Below, piece after piece: positions 40,606 to 49,072 of a DNA stretch of 64,000 bases. A model generated the notes under the pieces. The model was not told the origin of the DNA and searched no databases. It saw nothing but the letters and a program-made list of their open reading frames with translations. Where the stretch lies: NCBI GenBank assembly GCA_963717995.1, contig CAVQXX010000012.1:774371-838370 (forward strand), in the 5' to 3' direction. This DNA is from an uncultured Bacteroidales bacterium (GTDB taxonomy: Bacteria; Bacteroidota; Bacteroidia; Bacteroidales; UBA10428). The stretch's first letter is position 1. Every line of letters starts with the position of its first letter. Both the position numbers and the translations under genes were made by a program.

Positions 40606-40774
40606 CAGGCTTGAATTGTATGATCTGCTGGGCCAGCTAACAGAACTGCAGCCCATCAGAAATGGTTCCACCACAAGCAGGATCGGATCTGACCTGCAAC
40701 CGGGCATTTATTTGCTGGTTGTGAAAAGCAGCGACGGTTCCAAAAAAGCTATCAAACTGGTAAAGAGAAAATAA
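40595..40774 (+). other. remainder of the T9SS C-terminal sorting domain of the preceding gene, displaced into the +1 frame
   Basis: The next frame reads ..DRLELYDLLGQLTELQPIRNGSTTSRIGSDLQPGIYLLVVKSSDGSKKAIKLVKRK*, a canonical CTD ending. The local sequence ccaGACTGACagg contains a short direct repeat at the break. Confidence 0.65.
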
Positions 40775-40790
40775 TTAATACATAGACAGC

Positions 40791-42077
40791 ATGAAAACAG
40801 ATTTATCTTTATTGAAAAAGAGCATCCTGCTTTTGTCAGTTGCTTTCGTTTTCTCACAATGTCAGACAGTTCAGAAAAAGAATATCGAAACAGGGATTCC
40901 GATATTATCCATGACCACGTGTCCTGATCTGCCCCTGGATGGGTGGGAACGAAACTATAAAACAGCGTTTGAAGGATTCATGCATGCCTATAATCCATGC
41001 ATTGTTGAAGTACCCGATAGCGCCTATCCGTATCGTATGTGGTTTTTCGGATGGATAGTGGATATTGGTAACACGGATATTGCAGGCATGGATGCCATCT
41101 ATTTCGCCAGGGGAAAAGATCTGGATACCTGGGAAGTCTACTGTAAAGACGGAAGCTGGGATGCAAACAAAATAAACACCAAATGGGCATCCGTTTTGTA
41201 TGCTTCCACTGATTCGGTGAATAATTACTACGATACCTTTCATGCCGGGGATCCTTCGGTAGTTTATAAGGATGGGATGTATTATATGGCCTATAGTGCC
41301 ACATCCAAAGCATTTACTGATCCAAACAGCAAGGAACCGATTGAACCTCCTGAATTTTCGAACAAGGATATTGCAGGATATCCCTCGCACATGATCCAGT
41401 GTGTGAACGGGGCAACATCTGCCGATGGAATTCACTGGACGAAGACTCGACAAACCATTGCTTATCGCAGCGGTGGACAACAAATATCCGCCTGATCCTT
41501 CTCCTACGCGGATCGGTGATTTTCATCGTCCCTGTCTTCGCTGGGATGATGAAGCCGGAAACTGGAGGCTCTATTTTGATTATTACAATGCAGCTAACCC
41601 CGGTCTTTACATGGGTCTGGCTTTAAATAAAGGAGATTTCAGAACAGGCAAGTTTGAATTTGCTCATCCCCTGGAAAAACCCTTGCTGGATCGGATGGCC
41701 AAATCCTGAAGTGGTGAAAATCGGATCGTGTTATTATGCCTTTTCAGATGCCCCGGGATATACCAAATCAACAGCGCCTGCAGGGAAAAAAATTGAATGC
41801 GGGCTGGCAGGGAAGGCAGATCCGCATGGCCAAATCAGCTGATGGGATCACATGGGAAAAAATGTACTTTTTTGATCCGGATCCTGGTATTGATGCGAAT
41901 CAGATACCCCAGGCACTGGTAACCTACCGTGAAGGAAAATGGTGGCTGTATGTTTTTTATGCCACCCAGGTTGGATGGCGAAAGGGAGAGAAAAAGTATC
42001 CGTTCTTCAGGGAGAACGATTATAACTGGTTTTACGATCAGATCAGGTATATGCGTCAGGAAATTAAAACTCAGTAG
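40791..42077 (+). pseudogene. degraded gene for a secreted beta-propeller-type glycoside-hydrolase-like protein (three +1 frame changes)
   Basis: ORFs 40791..41495, 41425..41709, 41654..41842 and 41736..42077 lie in frames 0,1,2,0. They read through as one protein (..SADGIHWTKT/DKPLLIAAVDNKYP.., ..EKPLL/DGWPNPEVVKIGSCYYAFSDAPGY/..RQIRMAKSADGITWEK..). The first break is near 41448. Confidence 0.5.
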
Positions 42078-42091
42078 AAAGAACTTTGTCA

Positions 42092-43945
42092 ATGAAAAAA
42101 TCCGGGATTCTTATTTTTGTTTGTATTGCCCTCTCTGCATGCCGTCCTTCATCGAAGGTAACGGATCAGTTTACTCCTTTAAAGCGCCAATTCAATTCAT
42201 TTCACAGGTTATTTTGAAGATTATATTCAGAACTCTATCAGTCATTGGAACAAAGGAGTGGTTCCCTATGCCGGATTTGTTGAAAAATTCAGATCAGGCA
42301 GGGAATTCTTTGCACAGGGTGAGATGTGGGGAAAGGCTATGCGGTCGGGATGCATGTTCTACCGGTATACACAGGATCCTGAACTGAAGAATATCCTTCA
42401 GGCTTCAGTAAATGATCTGCTTAGTACAAAAAGGGAAAATGGCAGTATCAGTTGTTCGCCGGTTTCTCAGCAACCGGATGGCCCGGGAGGAGATCTGTGG
42501 GAACGGAAATATGTTTGCTGGGCCTGGATGAATATTATATGCAGGTGGATCAGGATCCCGAGGTATTGAAGGCCATGATAGATGAGGCGGATTGCCTGGT
42601 CGACCAGATCGGTCCGTCACCCAAAGGTTCCGATAACTGATCAGGGTTGGAGTCCCAATCATATAGAATCAGGCACGTTCTTGAACCGATTATGCGGTTG
42701 TATAATCTTACAAAAGATCAAGGTATCTTGATTTTGCCCGGTATATCGTTGAGGTGGCAGGGGGTGCAAAAGGCTATCAGATTATTGAAGATGCGTACAA
42801 TAATATTGTTCCCGAAAAGATAGGCGGAGTTTATCCGAAGGCCTATGAAATGATGTCCTTGTTTGAAGGACTGGTGGAATACTATCGTGTGACGGGTAAC
42901 GATCATTGGAAGACTGCAGTTTGAAAATCTTTATCATAATATTATAACCCATGAGATCACCCTCATCGGAAACGGAGGAGGAGATCAGCCTTACCATCCT
43001 CCGGTAATGGGGGAGGCATGGGATAATACTGCCCTTGAACAGACAAATCCTGATATGAGCCGGATGATGGAAACCTGTGTTGGCGTTACCTGGCTGAAGT
43101 TTTGCTCCCAGATACTCCGCCTGAACGGAGATCCGCTGGCTGTGGATATGATCGAAAAATATGCCTACAATGGATTGACAGGTGCAATGAAACCTGCCGG
43201 AGACGGCTTCAGCTATGTAAACCTGCTGAATGGTGTAAAAACAAATCCGGAAGGGTGGGGAGGAATTGTAAACGGGGTTTATGTTACCTGCTGCAATTTA
43301 AACGGTCCTATGGGATTGGCTTATTTGCCCTTCGTGGCGGTTATGAATTCCAATAAGGGACCGGTGATAAATCTTTATAATGCGGCTGTGGCAACGGCCC
43401 AGACACCGGAAGGCAAGGATGTTAAACTGGAGATTAAATCGGATTTTCCGTTATCGGGAAAAGTTACGGTACGTGTAACACCACAAAAACCAGGGAAATT
43501 CAGCATCAGGTTAAGGATCCCTTCATGGAGCAAGGATACTATTCTGACAATAAATGGAGAACCGGTGCATGCTTTGGCCGGCACATATGCAGACATAAAC
43601 CGAAAATGGACTTGCGGAGATCAGATTGAGCTATTGCTGGATATGCGATGCCGTGTGATGGATGCACCAAAAGGGAGTAACCGGAAAGGTGATCATTTTC
43701 AGGCCCTGTTAATGGGACCCGTGGTTTTGGCCCGGGACGAAAACATCGATCCTGATTTTAACAAGCCCGTTACGATTATTTCAAAAGATGGTTATGTGGA
43801 TATTAAAAGTGAAACACCCTCCTTAAAACAACAAAAATGCAATTTCTTGTTCCCACAACAGATGGCATGATCCATATGACAGACTATGCTTCGGTAGACA
43901 GTTGGATCGGGAAAAAGGATTTGTACCTGGATTCCTGAAAAATAA
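42092..43945 (+). pseudogene. heavily degraded second GH127 (DUF1680) gene, at least seven frame changes
   Basis: Lipoprotein start MKKSGILIFVCIALSAC. The segments ..NSIHFTGYFEDYIQNSISHWNKGVVPYAGFVEKFR.., ..LLGLDEYYMQVDQDPEVLKAM.., ..KAYEMMSLFEGLVEYYRVTGNDHW.., ..METCVGVTWLKFCSQILRLNGD.. and ..CCNLNGPMGL.. are colinear with 12878..14924 but spread over alternating frames. The 3' end is approximate. Confidence 0.7.
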
Positions 43946-43958
43946 ATAACTCACTACT

Positions 43959-45399
43959 ATGAAACAGTTTGTTTTGGTTTTGGCTTGCATTTTGGCAGCA
44001 TCATGCGGTTTCCGGTCAAAAACAATTTTGTATACCGCTCCTGAATCGGAATTAAAATCAAATGATTTTGAGATGCTTGTCGAGGGCAAACCGGCATTTA
44101 TTTACCAGGCAAGGGTATCAAGGTTACCGGTCAACCAGGTATGGCCCGGATACCAGCGACCATTAAGCCAGACTGAAATTGCCTCATTTGCCTATTTCGA
44201 CCTGAATGGAAAAACGGAAATAGTGATCACTTCACATAAAAAAATCGAAACACTCGACATCAGGCCGAAGGAATATGGCATTATACCTACTGTTGAAGGC
44301 AACACTATTAAATTGACGATATCCAAGCCATGCCAGTTCGTGGTGGAGGTCAATGGTTATCATCATGCCCTGCACATTTTTGCCAATCCGGTAGAAGATT
44401 TCAAAATTGATAAACAGGATCCCAAGGTTCATTATTTCGGTCCGGGTGTTCATGAGGCAGGTGTTATCAGGCTGAACAGCAACGAGACTGTTTTCATCGA
44501 TGGTGGTGCTATTGTTTACGGTGTGATTGTGAGTGAAAACACCCGGAACATAAGAATTACATGGGAGGGGCATACTGGATGCCAGCAAAATTGCCCGCGA
44601 TGAAGCGCCCAATATGATATATCTGAAAAATGTTGTCAATGCGAACATAAGCGGCATTATTCTCCGTGATCCGCATATTTGGACTGTCCTTCCCGGTCTC
44701 TGTGACAGTGTGACAATTGATAATATCAAACTGATCGGATTGTGGCGATACAATTCCGATGGAATTGACATTGTGAACAGCCGGAATGTAACCATCAAAA
44801 ATAGCTTTGTCCGGGCCTTTGATGATAATATTGCAATAAAGGGACTCAATGGAGCTTATGATAAAGAACATAACATCATTGAAAACATTACAGTTGATAA
44901 TTGCGTACTGTGGAATGACTGGGGAAGGCCCATTGAACTTGGCCTGGAGACCGTTGTGGATACAATGAGGAATATTTCATTCACCCATTGCCAGGTACCC
45001 CATTTTACCTGGATTGCCATTGATATTCAGAACGGGGACAGGGGATACGTTAAAAATGTCCGTTTTGAAGATATATGCATTGAGGATCCTATTCTTGACA
45101 GCATTACCATCGGGACCACCCCGATGGATAAAAACGAACTGGGCAAGACCATTGAATTGATCATAAAAGGATTTAACATGTGGACAACTGATACAATCAG
45201 AGGAAATATCAGCAATATTCATTTTAACAATATACGTTATAACAGTACCAATCCCACATTTATTAATTTTGTGGGATATGACAGTACCCACCTCGTTCAA
45301 AATATTTATATCAAAGACTACTTTATAAATGGTAAAAAGGTAACAGACCAGTCCTCTGTCCGGAAGAACGGATTCGTGAAGAATGTTTATCTGGAATAG
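43959..45399 (+). pseudogene. frame-interrupted lipoprotein gene, GH28-like right-handed beta-helix glycosidase
   Basis: Lipobox LAASC. ORFs 43959..44603 and 44614..45399 join if one base near 44562 is skipped (..NIRIT/GRGILDASKIARDE..). YNSDGIDIVNSRNVTIKNSFVRAFDDNIAIKG resembles the GH28 NTDGID / G.DD.IAIK motifs. Confidence 0.5.
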
Positions 45400-45450
45400 G
45401 GACTTAGGACAAGCAGGAATAAATCCCGTAGACAGTATCTATCCTGAAAC

Positions 45451-45554
45451 CCCTAAGCCCCTAAGCCCCTAAGCCCCTAAGCCCCTAAGCCCCTAAGCCC
45501 CTAAGCCCCTAAGCCCCTAAGCCCCTAAGCCCCTAAGCCCCTAAGCCCCTAATC
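45451..45554. repeat. perfect octamer tandem repeat (CCCTAAGC)x12 plus one variant unit; (GGGGCTTA)n on the minus strand
   Basis: Read directly from the sequence. The last (variant) unit CCCTAATC contains the TAG stop codon of the minus-strand gene 45549..46049. Confidence 0.95.
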
Positions 45555-46049
45555 CGTCACCAGATCCAGCTTCAGACTGGTATCCTTGTCAATTCTGAAG
45601 TCATCAGAAGCTGCGGCTACCTTTCCGTTCAGCATATTTACGCTGGCATCAAAACTTAAGGTTCTGGTGTGACCCTGCATAGTGAGCTCGCCTTCAATCT
45701 TATGAGTGAATTTAATATCTCCCTGTTCTGTTCTGGTTACGGGTAATTTGGTTACTTTTTTTATCTCAAACCGGGCTTTGGAATCCTTGTTATTCATAGA
45801 AATGAGATCAATTGTAAATGAGCCGCCTTTAATCTCATTATTATCAAGTACCAATTCCCCGCCTGTGAGTTTTGCAGAGCCAGTGTGTTCTCCGCCAGTT
45901 ATTTCGCCGGTCAGTTGTATTTTGCTATCCACCAAACTGATATTCACTTTATGTTCCGGAGATGAATTTTTCCCGGGCAGTGCAGCTATCGAAACCAGGG
46001 ATATCAGTATTAAAAATCCAGTAACGGAAGCAAGAAATGCTTTTTTCAT
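45549..46049 (-). CDS. YceI-like periplasmic (lipid/polyisoprenoid-binding fold) protein
   Basis: The likely start is MKKAFLASVTGFLILISLVSIAA (ATG at 46049). GELTMQGHTRTLSF resembles the YceI G.LT..GVT motif. Confidence 0.6.
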   Translation of the reverse strand: MKKAFLASVTGFLILISLVSIAALPGKNSSPEHKVNISLVDSKIQLTGEITGGEHTGSAKLTGGELVLDNNEIKGGSFTIDLISMNNKDSKARFEIKKVTKLPVTRTEQGDIKFTHKIEGELTMQGHTRTLSFDASVNMLNGKVAAASDDFRIDKDTSLKLDLVTD

Positions 46050-46102
46050 GTCAATTCCTTTCATTTGTTTAATTAAACATGAGATAAAAACGCACAAAAA
46101 TG

Positions 46103-46122
46103 ATGCCTGTATATGCAGGCAT
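46103..46122 (-). terminator. weak hairpin with T-rich tail between the Trx::TrxR and YceI-like genes
   Basis: The minus strand reads ATGCCTG-catata-CAGGCAT followed by CATTTTTGTGCGTTTTT. Confidence 0.3.
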
Positions 46123-46155
46123 AAATATTTAACAAATTATTAACAAAAGCGCAGC

Positions 46156-47427
46156 CTAATTATCCAGCTCCTTCGTAATATTTATTGCAGCAATTGTCCC
46201 GTCAGCAATGGCTGTTGTGATCTGCCTGTATTTCTTGCTTCTTACATCGCCTACGGCATATATTCCATCCACGCTGGTATGCATATCCTCATCCGTTTTT
46301 ATGTATCCCCAGTTATCAATCTCCAGTTTTCCACCCAACATATCTACGTTAGGTTTTAAACCCACAAATATAAAGACACCGTCGACAGACAGTTCTTTCA
46401 TTTTACCCGATCCCAGATCCTGCACTGTAACAATCATCTTTTCTCCTTTTCGGGTGAAAGATCTGGGTTCATGACGGAACAAAACCTCAACCCGGGGATT
46501 GGCCAGCAATTTTTCCTGGGCTTGTTTATTAGCCTGGAATTTTTCAAATTGATGCACAACCGTTAATTTGGAAGCAAACCGCGTGATAAATTCCGCTTCT
46601 TCAACGGCAGAATTGCCTCCTCCGATGACCATCACTTCTTTATCACCATAATATTTGGCATCGCAGGTGGCACAATAGGATATACCATTTCCTTTAAACT
46701 CCTTTTCCCCGGGAACATTCAGATAATTGGGAGAGGTACCGGTGGCAACTATGATCTTTTTTGCCATGACTGTTTCATACTCATCAATTACAATCTCCTT
46801 TTTCTCAAGGTCAACCCTCGTGACATCAACGGCAACCTTAAATTCGCTTCCGCATTTTTTGGTCTGTTCCGACATGTTATGTGAAAGGAGGTAGCCAGGT
46901 TGCGGTTCAATAAAACCAGGATAATTAGATACCTGGTGTGTGAGACTGACATGTCCGCCGGGCAAACCCGTGTCAATCAATACCGTATTTATGCGTGCCT
47001 GGCAAAGATATAATCCGGCTGTAAGTCCACCCGGTCCGCTGCCGATAATTGCCACATCATAACATGAAGTAAATGGTTTCAGATCTTTTTTCAGCACGGA
47101 TACCCTCTCAGCAGATATCATGGCATTCAGGTTATGCATGATCTCCGAACGTTTGATACCTCCGGACAAGCGGATACCAGTTTCCTTGCCCTTCTCAAAG
47201 AATATCAGGGTGGGTGAACTGAAGACGCCAAGGCGTTCTGCCAGGTCCCGGTTTTTTTGCCTGAATACTTTTACAAACCGGATATCACTGCCATAAATAG
47301 CAGCCAGAGATTCAAACTTGGGAGCCAGTGCTTCACACGGGGGGCATTCATTGGAATAAAAATCGAGGACGACTTTGTCAGCCTGCAATACCTCGGTTTC
47401 GAATTCGGCGGTGGTGATTTCTTTCAT
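46156..47427 (-). CDS. thioredoxin-domain / thioredoxin-reductase fusion protein (Trx N-terminal, TrxR C-terminal)
   Basis: Residues ~1-105 form a Trx fold with C28-P-P-C31. These are followed by YDVAIIGSGPGGLTAGLY (FAD), CATCDAKYY (redox CxxC), VIGGGNSAVEEA (NADPH) and AVGDV. Confidence 0.85.
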   Translation of the reverse strand: MKEITTAEFETEVLQADKVVLDFYSNECPPCEALAPKFESLAAIYGSDIRFVKVFRQKNRDLAERLGVFSSPTLIFFEKGKETGIRLSGGIKRSEIMHNLNAMISAERVSVLKKDLKPFTSCYDVAIIGSGPGGLTAGLYLCQARINTVLIDTGLPGGHVSLTHQVSNYPGFIEPQPGYLLSHNMSEQTKKCGSEFKVAVDVTRVDLEKKEIVIDEYETVMAKKIIVATGTSPNYLNVPGEKEFKGNGISYCATCDAKYYGDKEVMVIGGGNSAVEEAEFITRFASKLTVVHQFEKFQANKQAQEKLLANPRVEVLFRHEPRSFTRKGEKMIVTVQDLGSGKMKELSVDGVFIFVGLKPNVDMLGGKLEIDNWGYIKTDEDMHTSVDGIYAVGDVRSKKYRQITTAIADGTIAAINITKELDN

Positions 47428-47540
47428 AGGATTATTGTTTCTATATTTTGGAATGATATTTTAGTACCGTATGCCCTCCTGGCAAACGGGGAACGGTAAG
47501 TCTATTCTTTTCTACAATACCTAATGCGTTCCGCGCAAAA

Positions 47541-47575
47541 AATCGTAAATCGTAAATCGTAAATCGTAAATCGCA
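47541..47575. repeat. heptamer tandem repeat (AATCGTA)x4 plus one variant (AATCGCA)
   Basis: Read directly from the sequence. It lies 10 nt downstream (minus strand) of the radical SAM stop codon. Confidence 0.9.
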
Positions 47576-47584
47576 AATACACAT

Positions 47585-48904
47585 CTATTCTGTCTCTTCC
47601 TCTATATGCCCGTAAAGGGCAATCCCCAGTTCAAGTAATTCTTTTACCGGCCTGCAATCGGGTGCATGCAGTTCTTTTTCACGGTTGTATGCCACACTGG
47701 CACAACCTCCCCCACATGCCAGCCTCAGGTTGCAATTTGCACATGCCTTGATGGTGAGCACATCGCGTTGTTGCCATTTTTCGATCAATTCGGGGATAAG
47801 TTCCACATGCGGATAAAAGGTGCCCAGTTCTTCTCCAGGTTTTCCCACGGTAGCTGTGCATGAATATATTTTACCTGTGAAGTCAAACGCCCATTCGGTT
47901 TTACACCCTGGACAGGAATCAAAAAGCGGCTCGGGTAATTCGCCGTTCTCAAATAAGAATTTTGAAACGGAATAAGCAGGTTTATGAAATTCCAGAATTT
48001 CGGGATGGCCAAGAATAAGATTATACAGATCTTTGTAAAGGTCGATACGGGAATAAAGCCTTGACTGCTGCGACTGACAATAGTGCAATTCATAATTCCG
48101 CCCCAGTTGGGTTTTAAAATCCGGAGAACTTGTCCATCCCCTGCCGATTGCAAATCCGGCAAGTTCAGGTAATGCATTAATGTTGTCCCTGTCAAGAACT
48201 ACCCGGAGGTTTACCGGTAATCCTGCAGCGAGTGCAGTGTCAATTCCCTTTACGATAGATGAAAATGTTCCGTCTCCGTTCCGGAGGGGTCGGCGCTGGT
48301 TGTGAATGACTTCCGGCCCATCAAGTGTTACCTGTATTTCCCTTATTCTATATGATGAAAGAAGGGGGATATATGATTCAAGATGATAGCCATTTGTAAC
48401 GATGGCCAGATCGAGGTTATTATCTGCACACCCGGTGAGAAAGCGTTCAACGGATTTCCGGTGGTTTATGCCATCCAGCAAGGGTTCTCCGCCAAACAAG
48501 GTGACATATTTGCGTCGGTTTTGAAAATGCTCCCTGATGTATCGAAAAAATGCCCTGGTAATTTCAGGTTCATTTTCCCTGCCATTTTGCATATATCCGT
48601 CCTGATAGCAATAGGAACAGTTGAAATTGCAGGTATAGGACGGAACATAGAAAAGCTGGATCTCATCATTTTCACGGGCATCCAGAAAATCAAGATATTT
48701 CAGGCGAAATTGCCTGTCCTCTTCCTTTCGGTCAACTACATATCCTTTGTCAATATATGCTTGGTCAGCAATTACTTCCTTCGCAAGAAAGCGTTTTGCT
48801 TCGGAAGGAGTAAGAATATCCGCATTTCCTGACAGGATATTGACAATAAAATATTCTTCAGAATGATGAATTGCAGAAAAAATATTGTGTTGGGATAATT
48901 CCAT
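47585..48904 (-). CDS. radical SAM enzyme with C-terminal SPASM domain and ~90-aa N-terminal extension (peptide-maturase architecture)
   Basis: C92-NFN-C96-SY-C99 (CX3CX2C), TLFGGEPLL. SPASM signature C..GKIYSC ... CANCNLRLACGGGC ... DC. Confidence 0.9.
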   Translation of the reverse strand: MELSQHNIFSAIHHSEEYFIVNILSGNADILTPSEAKRFLAKEVIADQAYIDKGYVVDRKEEDRQFRLKYLDFLDARENDEIQLFYVPSYTCNFNCSYCYQDGYMQNGRENEPEITRAFFRYIREHFQNRRKYVTLFGGEPLLDGINHRKSVERFLTGCADNNLDLAIVTNGYHLESYIPLLSSYRIREIQVTLDGPEVIHNQRRPLRNGDGTFSSIVKGIDTALAAGLPVNLRVVLDRDNINALPELAGFAIGRGWTSSPDFKTQLGRNYELHYCQSQQSRLYSRIDLYKDLYNLILGHPEILEFHKPAYSVSKFLFENGELPEPLFDSCPGCKTEWAFDFTGKIYSCTATVGKPGEELGTFYPHVELIPELIEKWQQRDVLTIKACANCNLRLACGGGCASVAYNREKELHAPDCRPVKELLELGIALYGHIEEETE

Positions 48905-48910
48905 AATGTT

Positions 48911-48939
48911 TGACAGGTGATTATTAATATCACTTGTCA
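48911..48939 (-). promoter_or_regulatory. hairpin between the small ORF and the radical SAM gene (possible attenuator or processing site)
   Basis: The minus strand reads TGACAAGTGAT-attaata-ATCACCTGTCA (11-bp stem, one A/C mismatch) in the 55-nt spacer. Confidence 0.4.
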
Positions 48940-48959
48940 GTTATTGGAGCCAATAATAT

Positions 48960-49058
48960 TTAGTCGTGGCAGCCTGCAACAATTTTAGAGTTCTTGGCAC
49001 AACATTGTGCAACTTTCTTTTTTGATACCTGGTTTTTCTTTTTGGTTAAAGATTTCAT
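48960..49058 (-). CDS. unannotated 32-aa Cys-containing small ORF (candidate precursor or substrate peptide)
   Basis: Hand translation gives MKSLTKKKNQVSKKKVAQCCAKNSKIVAGCHD*. The ATG lies 14 nt after the methyltransferase stop, and the TAA lies 55 nt before the radical SAM start, on the same strand. Confidence 0.45.
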   Translation of the reverse strand: MKSLTKKKNQVSKKKVAQCCAKNSKIVAGCHD

Positions 49059-49072
49059 AAGATCATCAATTT

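Noticed and set aside
40905-41483. Long antisense or alternative-frame ORFs inside larger genes (for example 40905..41483, 44232..44849, 52074..52733, 51603..52070, 19091..19582, 57431..57937)
   Set aside because: They fully overlap strongly supported genes, have odd low-complexity composition and show no recognisable domains. They are shadow ORFs.
9161-44603. Programmed ribosomal frameshifting as the explanation for the many +1 frame changes
   Set aside because: There is no shared slippery or stimulatory motif at the junctions. The most degraded gene mixes +1 and -1 changes. Mutation or sequence error is more parsimonious.
45451-45554. A CRISPR array (also considered for the other tandem arrays at 47541, 56641, 58804 and 61980)
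   Set aside because: The units are 7-8 nt and directly abutting with no spacers, and there are no cas genes. These are microsatellite-type tandem repeats.
47441-47584. A 47-aa ORF (MCICDLRFTIYDLRF...) starting at the ATG directly after the rSAM stop codon
   Set aside because: Much of its N-terminal third is a translation of the heptamer repeat, and it has no recognisable features. It is most likely a by-product of repeat sequence that happens to lack stops in that frame.
47585-48904. A radical SAM/SPASM protein as the anaerobic sulfatase-maturating enzyme (anSME) for the four sulfatases
   Set aside because: Classical anSMEs start their CX3CX2C motif within about the first 25 residues and lack a ~90-aa N-terminal extension. 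This gene also lies in an operon with a Cys peptide and a methyltransferase, 24 kb from the nearest sulfatase. It is kept only as a possibility to test.
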